This document shows positions 13,000-26,134 of a stretch of DNA of 64,000 nt, piece by piece. Within the stretch, counting starts at the first letter, position 1. Each line of letters starts with the position of its first letter. Both the position numbers and the translations under genes were made by a program. Below the pieces are notes generated by a model. It was not told where the DNA came from. It saw only the letters and a program-made list of their open reading frames with translations, and searched no databases. Source of the DNA: Eutreptiella sp. 'Long Island Sound 2002' (lineage: Eukaryota; Protista; Euglenida); assembly GCA_964036045.1 (NCBI GenBank), contig OZ038378.1, forward strand, positions 50,344,001 to 50,408,000. The letters run 5' to 3'.

Positions 13000-14760
13000 A
13001 CCGCTAGAGTTCATGCAAGTGGGCCATCCACTTCCATGTCGCAAAGCTCTTATTTCAGACACCACAAAGTATCCTTGTTCGTCAAACAGTGTCCTACATC
13101 CAAAAAGGTGGCTTCACCCACGATAGTTTTTTTTAGCACGCCTTTTGGAAAAGGGGGTATCAACAACGGGTGCACTTGGCAAAGCCTTTTGTCCCTTCAC
13201 CTTCTTGTATGGAACGTTGGGGGGGGGGGGCACGTAGCAATGCCTTCTTTCCCCTCACCTTCTGTGGCACGGGAAAAGGGGGCACTTGCCAAAGCCTTCT
13301 CTTCCTTCTCCTCTTGTTGTGGCACACGGCCTGTAGGAGGAGGCGCAAAGAGGTCTACCTCCCAATCCGATGACTGGTCGTCTTTTTTCTTCACCTCACC
13401 TGGGGGAGAGGCCTAAAAAAGATTAGAAAATACCTCCAACTCCTTGGCACTGGACACGGATTCCTTGAAGAAAGTGGCCGTCAAAACCTCCTCAACGGCT
13501 GCCTCCTAACGCAACTTTTGAAAAAAAGCACGTGTTACGGTGGCCCTTTCCACAAACTAGACACTTCAAAGTGTGCAGGCAAAACCCGCACCCCTCACAA
13601 TGCATGCAACACAGGTGCACGGTCTTGTGACATTTGCCACACACATAAAGTGGCCGAAAAAAAATTAAGCAAAGCCAGTTCCTCCGATGCACCTCCATGA
13701 GCACATCAACAGTAGTAGAATCAAACCCACCATTGCTGGGTGCTTTCGGAGCAAGCGTGGAGACATCAGTAGGGTTCTTGTGTTGGCTCAGTGGGGGTGG
13801 AGTACTATGCAGCTTGGCGCAGTGTGGTCCCAAGCCGCCACTCCAAGTTGCCAAAGCTTTCACTCCCCCTCCCCAACCATGCAAGGGGCAACCCGCCCAA
13901 CAAAAGCCCTATGTATGGTGTCTTCTTCGTGGACATTGGGGGAGCCTTAACCGCAGTGCGCGCGCAGTGCAACTATTTGGGCTTCTGGTTGTACTAGAGA
14001 CCCATACTTTGAGATACTAGGGGCCCCTAGGGGCATCATGGTGACCCCTGGCGTACGTTTTGACTTCTTATTTTGTCCCCCTTTGTTGGGGACCCCCGAG
14101 AATGCAGGGGTGGTAGACCTGAATGAAGTTCAGGTGGAGTCGTTCGCGAGTAAAGAGTAGCATATGATGCAGCTCTACTGTTCGCGATACCTCAACAACG
14201 CCTATCGCTTCTACTGGAGATCGATGGGGTTGTGCTATGCTAACTCCCCATTCTCCCAACTTGCTAAGGTGTTGACCAAGATCGCCCTTAAAGGAGCAAG
14301 AGTGGTACTGTGTACCCCAGTTTGCAACTTTCTTGAGCTGGGGCAGTTTGGGTCACCTAATTCTAAGGGCGTTTCCAAGGGGTGTGCTCGGGGGGAACAT
14401 AGTCTAAAAGTAGCGCGCAGTGTGCGTGCAGTGCGCGCGCAGTGCAAAGATTCCCCCATTAGTACCGGCTACCACCTTCCTGCGGCTTTTTGCAAATGCC
14501 TGTTTTTTGGGGGGGGTGTCAAGATTCTGTGACTGGCGGCTGCGAACCTTCCTTGATGGCTAGGCACGTGCCATCACCTTGCGCTCAATACGGCCCAACT
14601 TGAAAATGCATTGGGCGACAATCTCCCAAGAGTACTGTGAGGGTACCTTAGAAGTCGGTTGCCCTACGAAGAGCCACAGCAACACACCTTCACACATAGT
14701 GAACGTGCAGTAGCTAGCAAAACAACTGCTATGCGCTCGGTACACACGGTACATGCGACC
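13000..14760 (-). pseudogene. MULE-like transposase C-terminal remnant (SWIM-like and Cys-rich zinc finger)
   Basis: SSCFASYCTFTMCEGVLLW is SWIM-like. CGKCHKTVHLCCMHCEGCGFCL and NKDTLW match the paralogous segments at 29500-30800. Confidence 0.5.
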
Positions 14761-15881
14761 TCGGCCATTGCAGCACCATCAACGGCCCGATACACCTTAA
14801 CGGCTTGTCGGTTCAAGCCTCGGTTTTTTGGGTAATCTCCTGGGTCAAAGAACGGGGCATCACCATCATGGAAAAGAGCATGTGCCGGGTAGCTACATAA
14901 CCCATGCTACCTGGGGGTCCCCAACGCTTCAGAGCAGGGGACTAAATCAGCTGTGGCCCACAAATGGGCCAGGTGGCTACACAACCCAGAACCCACCCAG
15001 AACTGTGAGCCTATCCACAGAAGAGCAAGTTGAAGCACACAAACAAAGTGGAAAGGACCAGCCGAATTATACATCTGGGTCGAGGCATTATTTGAAATCC
15101 ACATTTCCCCTGGTGACATTTGAGGTAAACGTGGAGGTCGAACTGAATCGAATCTTGAGGTATGTCTCTGATGCTACAGGTGGGATCTATGGTTGTCGCT
15201 TAAGGTGGTGGGGATGGGCTAAGCTAAACCTCGATGAAGGCATGGCTGGCGGCAGTTGATGGTTATCTCATGTGGGTGGAAGCAACCGGAATACAGTCAG
15301 AGGTCAGCTGCGGGTTAGATGGCGTGGAGCCAGGATGCCAACTCACTCATGGGTCAGGGAAGAACTGGGACAACGACCTCTGAGCAGGCCCTGAACTCGT
15401 CGCCCATACACTTTGGGGGGATATCGTGGACAGTAGGGACCGCTACTAAGTGGGAGGGTTCGCGGTGGAAGCCGGGAGCGGGTGATCCCACCCTGGCCTC
15501 TGTAAAAAACGGCATGATAGAGGGATTCATGGGAGGAGATCACCCTCCACGAAATTCGTCGCAAGCCCTCCAATGGTTCCCTTGTGGAGTCCACACTCTT
15601 TGCGCCGGTCCCTCCAACACGACAATTCACAGTTTTGTCACAGCTCCTGGTACACAGTATCCCTGACAAACGTCCGGACTCGTGCAGCTCTACCTGACCA
15701 TTGTTGGTCTTGGTCTTTGTACTAATGTCTCTGTTGCACTCCTTACCCTAGTCCCTTTTCATTGCGCGCACGCCGCATTGCGCATGGCTGCGAGCGAGCA
15801 GTCAGTGTGAGGCCCCCTTGCACATCAATGGGGGCATTGGCATATTTCAACAAGCACACCAGTCCCCCTGTTTCCTGCATA

Positions 15882-15883
<2 letters not shown>

Positions 15884-15916
<33 letters not shown>
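15884..15916 (+). repeat. (CAG)11 microsatellite just downstream of the ESCO stop codon
   Basis: Directly visible perfect run. Confidence 0.95.
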
Positions 15917-15917
<1 letters not shown>

Positions 15918-16000
15918 GAACTCTATGGGCTGCAAAGCAGCAGCCTGATGTCCCTGCCCTGGTCCTGGAGTCGTTCTACAGGGGAACAACACCACGCGGT

Positions 16001-16759
16001 TCAATAGTAGACCATCAGTTGCATGGTCCCAGTATAATCCAGTGCAAATAGCTTCCCATCGATGGTGGGCTGTGAGAATGCTACTTGCTGCCTCGGGATC
16101 ATGAAGCCGTACACCAGATTCTCACGGGCGACCTCCAGCAGCCGGGATGCAATGCCCTGGCGGCGGGCGGTCTGGTGCACCCATATCCGGCTGATGCCAC
16201 ACATGCACCACTCGAAACGTTCCTCTGCAGACTTGCAGCTGTGGGCCTTCTCTGCCCAGATCCTGGCCCTCTCCCCACAGTCCCAGTGCATGCCCCATTC
16301 TGTCCCCATTCCAGGTCCTCCTGCACAGGCTCCGGGGGAAGCCGCCTTGGGTTGAGACTGGAGGTGGGACTCCGGGGTCCTCCTGGCCTTCCAGTCCACC
16401 TCCAGATCCACATTGCGAAGCTGCCGATCAGATTCTCCTTCACTTTGGGACTTGATCCCTTGGGCTCCATCGCAACGCGCACCATCCCGAAGGCCTTGGG
16501 CAGGCGACACCTTCCCGTTTGGGTCATCCTGCAGAAGGTAGGCTGTGTCAATGCGCTCCACCACGGCAACACCCAGCACTCGCCGATGCCCATCAACGTA
16601 GAAAAACGTCATGCTCTGTTTGTCCTTTTCTGTGTCCATCGCATGGCCCAGCTCTGTATCCATCAGGTGCAGTGCGGCTGAGAGCTTCCTGTGGTGGATC
16701 CCTGTGGTTGGCTGCATGAGCACGCAATCGTCATCGTCCCCGTACCATACTGCCTTCTC
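16001..16759 (-). CDS. ESCO: Terminal exon of an Eco1/CTF7/ESCO-family cohesin acetyltransferase
   Basis: CGISRIWVHQTARRQGIASRLLEVARENLVYGFMIPRQQVAFSQPTIDGKLFALDY is the Eco1 GNAT C-terminal signature. A pyrimidine tract plus CAG acceptor lies at 16760-16761 (phase 0), and TGA at 16001-16003. The upstream zinc-finger exon was not found. Confidence 0.9.
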   Translation of the reverse strand, partial: EKAVWYGDDDDCVLMQPTTGIHHRKLSAALHLMDTELGHAMDTEKDKQSMTFFYVDGHRRVLGVAVVERIDTAYLLQDDPNGKVSPAQGLRDGARCDGAQGIKSQSEGESDRQLRNVDLEVDWKARRTPESHLQSQPKAASPGACAGGPGMGTEWGMHWDCGERARIWAEKAHSCKSAEERFEWCMCGISRIWVHQTARRQGIASRLLEVARENLVYGFMIPRQQVAFSQPTIDGKLFALDYTGTMQLMVYY

Positions 16760-16977
16760 CTGGGAGGGGAGGGGGGAGAGCAAGGAGACAGGTGTACCCA
16801 GAGACGTCCCCGACGGTCATGGAGAAAAACGGGCAGGAGTTCCGGAAAACCAGGGGTTCGATGAAGGGAACTGGGCCTTTGGTGCGTGTTCCTCCTCTGG
16901 GTAGCCCCCCCTGCACCTATGGCTCCCACCCCCTGCATGAAGACCCCTTACTGCTGAACCTCCAATTACCAACCAGG

Positions 16978-17963
16978 CAGGGGTCCAAGGTTCCCGTACC
17001 CAATCGGCATTTGGTTCCCAGTAGCAAGGAAAACGGGGGAAAACGGGGAAAAACGGGGGAAAACGGGGAAAAACGGGGGAAAACGGGGGAAAACGGGGGG
17101 AAACGGGGGGAAAACGGGGGAAAAACGGGGGAAAACGGGGGAAATCTGGGGGGGGGGGATTTGGGACAAGACCCACCCACCCGACTTTTGCCCCCCCCCC
17201 CCGTTTATAATTCTGTGGGGAGCATTTTTTGCAAACCAAATTGAAGCCAAGGCGCTCTCCCGGGTTAGGCATCCCAGCTCCAAAGGGTGACGCACATAGC
17301 AAAAAGAAAATAATCGATATGCACGTCACCCATTGATGCTGCCGTGCATGCATCAGTACGTGGATCCCATTGCAGCTGCAATGCAGCTGCAGCAGTTGCC
17401 ATTGCGCTCGCACATGCATTTTTGTGTGCAGACCGGACACATTGGGGAGCAACCTGGGCAGGCACCCATTTTCCATCTCGTGCATTGCCCGCAAGACCAA
17501 TGGCAGCTGACGATTTGGATGATGCGCCAAGACGTGTGAGGGCCTTGGAGATGTCCGATGACAAAGCCCATTTTTGTGACACCAAATGTTGTATGCGCAC
17601 ATACAATACACCTTCATGAGGATGAAAATTGGACATATCTTTGTGGAGATGAGAGCAACATAAGCAGGGGTATGCATATAAAAAATAGTGGCAGTGCAAG
17701 AGACCTGAGCACCTTGACCCATTCATCACAGTTCCCATCCTCCCCCATTTTCCCCCCGTTTTCCCCCCGTTTTCCCCCGTTTTCCCCCGTTTTTCCCCGT
17801 TTTCCCCCCGTTTTTCCCCGTTTTTCCTCCATCTGTATCCCTTAACCTATGTCACAAATTTTCCTCTCTTTGATCCTTTAGTAAAAAACCCTCTCCTGTA
17901 TCCCGCACCCAAACGGCGTTTAGTCTCCTAATGTTCCCGGATCCTCGGAACCTTGGACCCCTG
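16978..17963 (-). mobile_element. Non-autonomous hAT-like element with inverted (GGGGAAAAC)n / (GTTTTCCCC)n subterminal arrays
   Basis: TIR CAGGGGTCCAAGGTTCC at both ends. The 8-bp flanks CAACCAGG / CAACGAGC match 6 of 8. Arrays lie at about 17029-17145 and 17744-17826. Confidence 0.8.
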
Positions 17964-19388
17964 CAACGAGCTTGCCCAGTCACCCCCTGGAGTGTCCCAT
18001 GAAGGCTGGTAGGGTTGCATGGGTGCAGCACATGCAATCCACCATTCCTGCAGGTGGGGTTGAGGGGCCTGACCGCAAAAAAATCCTCAACAACCCCATG
18101 CCCACATGACTACCACCTGCCATCAAGAAGAGTACAAAGCTGCATGTTGTTCGCCACCATCCATCACTACACAAGCATGCACGTGTACCATCTTCCCCCA
18201 TTTGCGGTGACTTGCCCATGTTCCGACAGCCACACCCCGCTGGGGGCTCACACTCCAGTGCTCCACCCTCACATCCCCCTTCATAACGCCCTGGCATCCC
18301 CTTTTGAAAAAGGTAACTCGTGTACAAAAAAATTGTCAAGTCGTGTATTCTTTTTTTGCGGTAAATGCGGGTAATTTTTTTGCGGTACGTCGTGTAAATT
18401 ATTTAAAAAATTGGAAAAATGAAAGAAATGCAACTTTTGCAATACATGCGCAATATGTACAATTGCCGGTGCCGTACGGCACCCCATAGTGACCTTAACA
18501 ATGGCACGCTGAATCCACACGGCATCTAGTACTCTGTGTGGCCACCAATTAGTTGGGACTCGGCCAATATAACACAATATCACATGGTGTCATTGGCACT
18601 AGAAAAAAAATCGGGCCCAAGAGTCCTGACGGGGCCATGGCCAACATCCAGTGTGCCGCCGGCATTGGGAACAAAATCAAGCTCAAGAGTAGTGCAATCA
18701 TAAAAGGCCACCACGGCACTGGGATGGGGCCAACATAATAGCATGCTTATGCGCTCCACCATTGGTACACCAAACAGGCGTAGGAAAATACAGCCCACAA
18801 AACATGCACCGGCTACAAGTAGTTGCACAATGCACGCTTGTAGATCAAGTCAAGTTTTGTGTCGCTGGACTTGGGCTTCTCACCAAGACTGGTGTTAAGC
18901 TGACAAGCGGTGCGCAACTCCACTACTCTCTGCTTGGCCAGCTCATTGATGAAAAGCTGGTCACGCTCCAGTTTGAAAAATGCATCTCTCGAGTAGCCAT
19001 CTAGCACCTTGCGCCACTCTCCACGGATGAGGACCTTGGGACGGGTGGTCTCCTCTATGGGAAAGGCCATGGAAGGTTGCGCCTTAGCTTCCGGGGCTTC
19101 CACGCTTTGGTTGGCGGAGGCCTCGTTGCCTGCGAGTGGGTGTGGGGGTGGCCTGAACACTCTCCTCGATCCCCAAAAGTGCACCTTCAACTTGGGTGCT
19201 AGGGAGGGACTCAAGAGGGCAAGGAAGCTCAGTCACGGCGCGATCAGCATTAACAATGCTCAACACATAGTCGACAAAACTTGGACCCATTTGGGGTGCG
19301 GGGCACATCCAAAAAAGGAACCCCGGCGATCCACCAAAGGGTTTGTGATGTACAAGCTCTGAAAACCACAAGACCAACCGTCCTTTTG

Positions 19389-21952
19389 CAGGGGTATGCG
19401 CCCGCCAGCGCCAGACAACGGCTCCCCGCTAGAGAATTGTGGGGAATTATGGGGGAATTATGGGGAATTATGGGGAATTATGGGGAATGATGGGGAATTA
19501 TGGGGAATGATGGGGAATTATGGTGGAATTTGGGTGGAATTATGGGGAATTACGGGGAATTATGGGGGAATTATGGGGAATTATGGGGAATTATGGGGGA
19601 AATATGGGGAATTATGGGGAATTAAGGGGGAATTATGGCGAATTATGGGCAATTATGGGGCATATGGGTGGAATTATGGGGAATTATGGGTAATTATGGG
19701 GAACCATTGTTCATTGTCTTGCGGAGATATGGGAGCATGGAATCACTGGCATGCACAGGCAACCCTGCTGCGAACCACTGTTTCAAAAAATCCTGCACAA
19801 ATCTGGGCTTCTCCTTCTGAGCAATGGTTTTTGCAGCAGGCCTCTGCACACCCTGTGACAGCAAGGGGGGCATGGGTTCTTCCTGAAAGTGCTTCCTGCG
19901 GGTGGCCCTGTCGTCCTTTGTCTGTTGCACTACCTCACAATGGAGCCGCTTCCCCCCCTCTCGTCTCTCGTTGTCCCTTCGCCCAGCCCTCTGCTCGCGT
20001 TGTCGTTGGCGAATCTCATATCCTGGAGCCAAATGGAATTGAGTAGCAAATGCACTGTGCAACAGACGCTCATCATGGTCATCGCTAATTACGTGATCAA
20101 TGACATTTTGCCTAGTGGTGCCATTTATCTTTGCATTGCAAGGGATGCAATGGAGGCTGTCACCCTTCCAAACAGTACCCTGACAGCCAAATTCCTTGTC
20201 AATGCCCTTTTCATACGGGTCGGTGATTGGGGGGGCACAAAACACAGTTTCGATTGCCAGCTTCAGAGATTCCAATAGAATATCAGCGCACATAGCTGGC
20301 ACTGTGTCCTTCATGAACTGGGCACCAGTAGCAATCGGTTCTACCCGAAATTTGGCCAGCTTGGCGACCAGTTGAGCAGCAGGACGTTGCACCACGAAGT
20401 CCGACAGAGACCCCCGCTGCAACTTGGGGGCACGGGTCGCCGAACCACCAGATTCCTGCGGAGCAGCAACAGTTTGCGTAGCACCACCATGAAGATGGTC
20501 ACTTTGTGCCACCGTGGACTCCTGAGGAGCAATAGATAGAAGTGCTTCAATATTGCCATGTGGTGCAGCAACAATGTCATCAAGTGTAGCAAGAGTGTCA
20601 CCAGGTGGAACAGCAGAAGACACAACAGGTTGTTCAGGAGGCTCATGATGAGCATTGCCCGCAGTCGCAGCATCTGCAGTTGCAGGTGGTGCACCATCAG
20701 CAGCAGCATCAGACGTGCCAGCGGCTGGCAAACCAGCAGCAGTCGCGGCCTCAGCGAAAGCGGATGCACAAGCAGCACGGTGTCTAGGTGGCACAACATT
20801 CAATGCAGCAGCGCACGACATCCATGCACCACCACGACGGCCCCCAGCCACACTAAGCCCAATGTCACTAGGGTTGAGTGCCTTGATATTCAATTTCTTC
20901 ATTTGCTTTGCCAGCAGCCCTTGGGAAATGTATTCCCTGGGGGCCTTGTATAGGTAGGGGAGTCACACATAAAGAACATTGTTGTGAGGATGAAAGTCTG
21001 ACATGTCTGGGAAGCAAGGGGCCATACGACGACAAAAAACAACGATCAGCAACACAAGAAATGACATCCCATAATTCCCCATAATTCCCCATAATTCCAC
21101 CACAATTCCCCATAATTCCCCATAATTCCAGCCAAATTCCCCATAATTCCACCCAAATTCCCCATAATTCCACCACAATTCCCCACAATTCCCCCGTAAT
21201 TCCCCATAATTACCCATAATTCCCCATAATTCCACCACAATTCCCCATAATTCCCCACAATTCCCCATAATTCCACCATAATTCCCCATAATTCCCCATA
21301 ATTCCCCATAATTCCTCCATAATTCCCCATAATGCCACCACAATTCCCCATAATTCCCCACAATTCCCCATAATTCCACCCGAATTCCCCCATAATTCCC
21401 CCATATTTCCCCATAATTCCCCATAATTCCACCCAAATTCCCCATAATTCCCATTAATTACAATTCCCCATAATTCCCCATAATTCCCCACAATTCCACC
21501 ATAATTCCCCATATTTCCCCATAATTCCACCACAATTCCCCATAATTGCCCAAAATTCCCCATAATTCGACCACAATTCCACCCAAATTCCCCATAATTC
21601 CCCCATAATTCCCCATAGTTCCCCATAATTCCAGCCAAATTCCCCATAATTCCCCATAATTCCACCATAATTCCCCACAATTCCCCATAATTCCACCATA
21701 ATTCCCCATAATTCCCCATGATTCCCCATAATTCCCCACCATTCCCCATAATTCCACCCAAATTCCCCATAATTCCCCATAATTCCCCATAGTTTACCCA
21801 TAATTCCCCATAATTCCACCAATGTGACAGGACAGCCAAAGGTGTTGGACAAGCCCACTATAGCCTTTAGGAATTATGGGAAATTTCTCCGCCACCGCCA
21901 GACGAACTTTCCCTGCCAGCGCCGCTAGCGATTTGGCGGCCGCATACCCCTG
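19389..21952 (-). mobile_element. hAT-like element of the CGGBP-related type with inverted (GGGGAATTAT)n arrays
   Basis: TIR CAGGGGTATGCG(C/G)CCGCCA at both ends. CTTTTG is directly repeated at 19383-19388 and 21953-21958. Arrays lie at about 19436-19700 and 21068-21820. Confidence 0.85.
19694..20902 (-). pseudogene. N-terminal part of a CGGBP1-like hAT transposase (C2H2/BED-type finger); catalytic domain missing
   Basis: LHCIPCNAKINGTTRQNVIDHVISDDH is a C-x2-C...H-x5-H finger. FVQDFLKQWFAAGLPVHASDSMLPYLRKTMNNGSP resembles the CGGBP1 segment DFVKMCLEANIPLEK...FLSRHVKNGGSIP. Confidence 0.7.
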
Positions 21953-22069
21953 CTTTTGGAATACCAAGGCCTAGTGCTTGGTGGTTAAGCAAAGCTTCTT
22001 GCACGCCGATAAGAAAGGACAGATCAAATGAATGGAGCTCAAGGGTTCCAAGACGCAAATAATAAAAGA

Positions 22070-22350
22070 ATCAGAAGTGGCCCACAAGTGTGCCGGGTGG
22101 CTACATAACCCATGCAGCCTGGGGTCCCCAACGCTTTAGAGCAGGGGACAGAATCAGAAGTGGCCCACAAGTGGGCCGGGTGGCTACATAACCCCTACCG
22201 CCTGGGGTCACCAACGCTCCAAACCCCGGGACAAAATCCGCAGTGGCCCACAAGTGGGCCGAGTGGCTACCTAACCCCTATCGCCCGGGGGGTCCCCAAG
22301 GCTTCATATCGGGGGCCAAAATCAGCAGTGGCCCACAGGTGGGCACATTG
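22070..22350 (+). repeat. Short dispersed and tandem repeat family (about 88-bp unit, GTGGCCCACAAGTGGGCC...GGGGTCCCCAACGC)
   Basis: Three tandem copies here. Related copies lie at about 14880-15010 (+), 14070-14120 (-) and 28960-29165 (-). Confidence 0.75.
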
Positions 22351-25300
22351 GCTACATGCATGCATTTTCAGTAAAATTGGTAATTTTTTTCTTTGCAGTA
22401 AGGTTGCGCAATTTTTTTTTTGTAGTAAACGCATGTAAAAAAAAATTGTCAAGTCGTGTAATTGTTTTTTTGGGGTAATGCGAGTACGGGTTTACACAAC
22501 TTACCGCAAAAAAAAATTACATGACGGAACGATTTTTGTGTTACACGCATTTACCGCAAAAAAAAAACGTATTGCAACATACACCATCCCCTTCTCACGA
22601 ACGCCTGACAGGGGCGAGAAGTGGCTCTGAGTGGTTACAGTCATGTGGACTGTGTGAGACACCCACCTGCACCTTGCAGACTCCAGACAGCGTTACCAAG
22701 AAAGCTGATAGAGCGGGCGGATCAGACCTTCAGACAATCCACATCCCGTCGCTGCAGCACCAAATACGGCGGAAACAGGCAGTTCGCCTGTAAACTGTTG
22801 GCCTTGGCAACAAATCCGGTGCTGAGCTGAGGTGAAGCACTCGTCAGTAGTGTGGGAGCTCGGGCCTCCTGTCGCTGTGACACCGTTGCCAGAGATGCCC
22901 GCGGCAGTGCTGGGGGTGGTGTTGGTTGTGCTCCCTTTGTGGTTTTCGGCGATTTGCGATGGGTCGTTGCCGAGGCTGCTTCCGATTTCAGTGCTGCGCG
23001 ATGCTTGTCCGGCAGCACGACACGGTCCTTGGTCGGCACCGCTGGCTGGTGTCTGCCAATGCTTGATTTGGCCTTCTTGGAGGGTGGCTCTTGCACACAG
23101 CCTGGACGTGCACGCACACCCCGCCGCTGCATCGGAATCGGAGTCTGGGCTGTCAAGGCGGGGCTGACTTTAGGCATCTTTTGGGGCTGTTGTCTCTGGA
23201 CGCTCAGGCTCTTGTGTGGGGATCGTCGTTTTGATTGCAACGGAGTCTTCGACTCCTTTAAGAGGACAACACCGCTGTCTTGGCGGTGGAACGTCCGCAT
23301 TGCAAAGCCTTACGCCAACAAAATGAGCATGGGCGTTTGATACTCAGGAGATCTTGCGAGGGCGGCCCCATGTGACAGTTCACTCCAAATGGCCAATTGC
23401 ATGCACACAAGAGCCTGGGCCAAATGGTACCGTCAAGTGGTAACCTCCCAACAAGAGGTGTACCATCCACCTCAGCGCAAATTAACTCGGATAGGTTGCA
23501 CACATGTCCAAGCTTTAGGAATGGCCCTTCATTCCGTCGCTCGAGGTGTTCAAAGCCGGCCAGACAAGCTTGCTGTGTTTCACATCCCCTCCTCTGCTTT
23601 GGCTTGCTGCAGCTAGCACACACCAAGAATGAACGTTGTTGGTGGCCGGCCACGTGTAAACGCCAAAGCCTAGGAGAAGGTGCTAGCCTTGGGGGTAAAA
23701 AAGTGGTGTTTCTCAAAAGACCTGCGTGGAACAGTCTTTGTGCCACGGAAATGCATTTGTCTTGTGTCCTGGAATGTGTCCTGGGACAGATGGTGCCAAC
23801 CTTGGCTTCTCTTTATCTTCCCCCATCCTTTCCGTCTCTGCATGCAAGTACAGTTCCAAAGGCGAACCCTTTGCACCCTTTGCACATGGGGATCTAGGGA
23901 AAGGGTGATGCACAGCGGGACATTGTATGACATGAGACCAAAGGCATAACAAAAACACAAGCAAGCTGATTAGGAATGCATCAAAGGGTGAAAAAACAAT
24001 TGCAGGGCACCTCATGGTCTACTGATGCCCACTTCTCATGTAATCTCCTCTAGGAAACTAATGTCTGGCCCCGCCAACCCCTGCCTTTCACTGACTTCAA
24101 TTTGTTTGTCACGGACTTTGCGGTCGCAAAGCAACGTAGACAAATGGACAGCAAACTACAAGGAACCAATAGTCACCACCAACGGTCACGAGCAAGTTAC
24201 CACAACAAAACAACGCAGACTCATCAGTGGCCGGCCATTGGCTGAGTACAACACAAGGAAATAGGCTGACGTGTTCCAAAGTTATCAATCAACGCGCACA
24301 GCATGTCATATGCCACAAATCAGAGCACCCTTTCAACCTTGTGAAACGTGCACCACCCACCACACACGTGCACACAAGCCTTTCATCTGCCTCATACTTC
24401 TAATCGCCACAAAACAGTTGCACAAACAGGACACTGTGTACATCAGACATTAAGCAAGACAGGGCCCCGAGTGGCCACAGGCGTGTGTACACCCTCCGCC
24501 TCCCCAAAGCTTTCCTTGTCTACAAGTCCCCGGGCTTGCACCCAAGCGCCAGCGGTACCAGGTCGAACGGCCTTAGGGTTGGCGGTAGGGGCCAGCTAAC
24601 TGATGCACACTACCTCACTACTTCTGGACACCATGAAACAGTTGCAAAACTAGGACATCATACACATTGACGCCCCATTCCAAAAGGAGTTCACACATTC
24701 GCAATTATACAGGGCAACAACCAACGCACTAAAAATCCCGTGAGGCGAGCCCCGCCAAAAAGTGCCACTCCACAAGTACCCATGATAGAGCCACCAAGCA
24801 CATGCCAAAGAGCAAGGCAACTTAATAACCTGCTTCCGAGCCTGAAATACCTTCATGGTTCAAGTCCAAGCACATTGAAGTTCAAGTTGCGTGCGTTGGG
24901 TTTGCTGTTTTCACCGGCCTTTCAAGAAGCAACCATGTCAGTGAAATGAGCATGCATGCTTACATTCATTTATTCCCTGATTTTCTTGCGGCTTATACCC
25001 CCACTTGGGCAAGTCTGCAGGTGCCTGGCCAAATACCAGCTCAGTTGTTTGTTCCTTCTTGAACAGATGCATGCGTGGGTTTGTGAGGCAAGGGAGAGAC
25101 AAGGACACTCGCAGGATGCACATACTCTAGGTTTCCGGAACTCTTTCGGGGTGATTCTTGCTTGCTATGGGGATATGGTATTCTGCACACATGGTGGTGA
25201 ACCATATAGCCTCCATTGAGGCAAGACAAATCTGAGGTAGGCAGTCCAACTTGCCGCTTGTGTTGTAGTAGCATCATGGTGCTTGGTGCAAAGTGGTGCC

Positions 25301-26134
25301 CCCCCTCCCACCCCCCTTCTACAGACGCACCAGCAAAAGGCCTTTTATAGACCCCCTGCAATTGTTTTGGGCCATTCCCGGGAAAAAAAGTCACAAGACC
25401 CACTTTCAAAAAGTACACTTTATGAGACCCACCAGGGAAATTTTTGGGGAAATTTGCAAACAATGTGTCCAATTGGCCATAGCCAGCTCCTCGTCAAGGA
25501 ACCTTGCTTTGGGTTGCGATGGTAGTGGTGCTTTCTTTGATAAATGCGGTTTGGAAGTTCACTCAGCAATTCATGACAGCATGAACAAGCCTAAAGGAAG
25601 GGACACATGGGGTGCTGGAAGGCCTCCAAACAGTTGGGTAAGTGGCCCAAGCCTTCTAGTTAACTACTTAGCTGGTGGGTACCAGCGTCAGTCATGCGTC
25701 CCCTGGCAAGGCATGCTGCCATGAACTTGTTATACCCTAGGAACACACTCTTGTTTGATAGTGTGATTGCTCCTGTGTCACGTGCACAACTATACACCCG
25801 CCCAAGTCCATTCACAGAAGTCCAAAAGGTTCCTTCCGTTCTTAATACAGTGCTGCTTGCTCCTGATGCACCTCTCTTGCTTTTCTTTTGCTTCATGCAA
25901 TGCCGTTGGGTGAAGGACAAATTTGCCAAGGCCAAATAATGAGCCATTCGTCGAGTGTCACAAGAGTGATGCACTCTTTTGCTAGCACCACATACACAAC
26001 TCAAGCGATACATGTCCTGTAGCAACCTTGCTGGTTGTCTGGATGCACTTTCCCCTTGTGAGGAGTCCGATTTTTTTTGCGAATTATGTTTTTCAACGCG
26101 AAAATGTACCGAACCCACATGCAAGTTGGTTGTT

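Noticed and set aside
21068-21820. Telomere or CRISPR interpretation of the short G-rich arrays
   Set aside because: They are internal, paired in inverted orientation inside TIRs, and have no unique spacers or cas genes.
20963-21858. ORFs of GIMGNYGELW repeats
   Set aside because: They are translations of the (GGGGAATTAT)n subterminal array of a hAT element.
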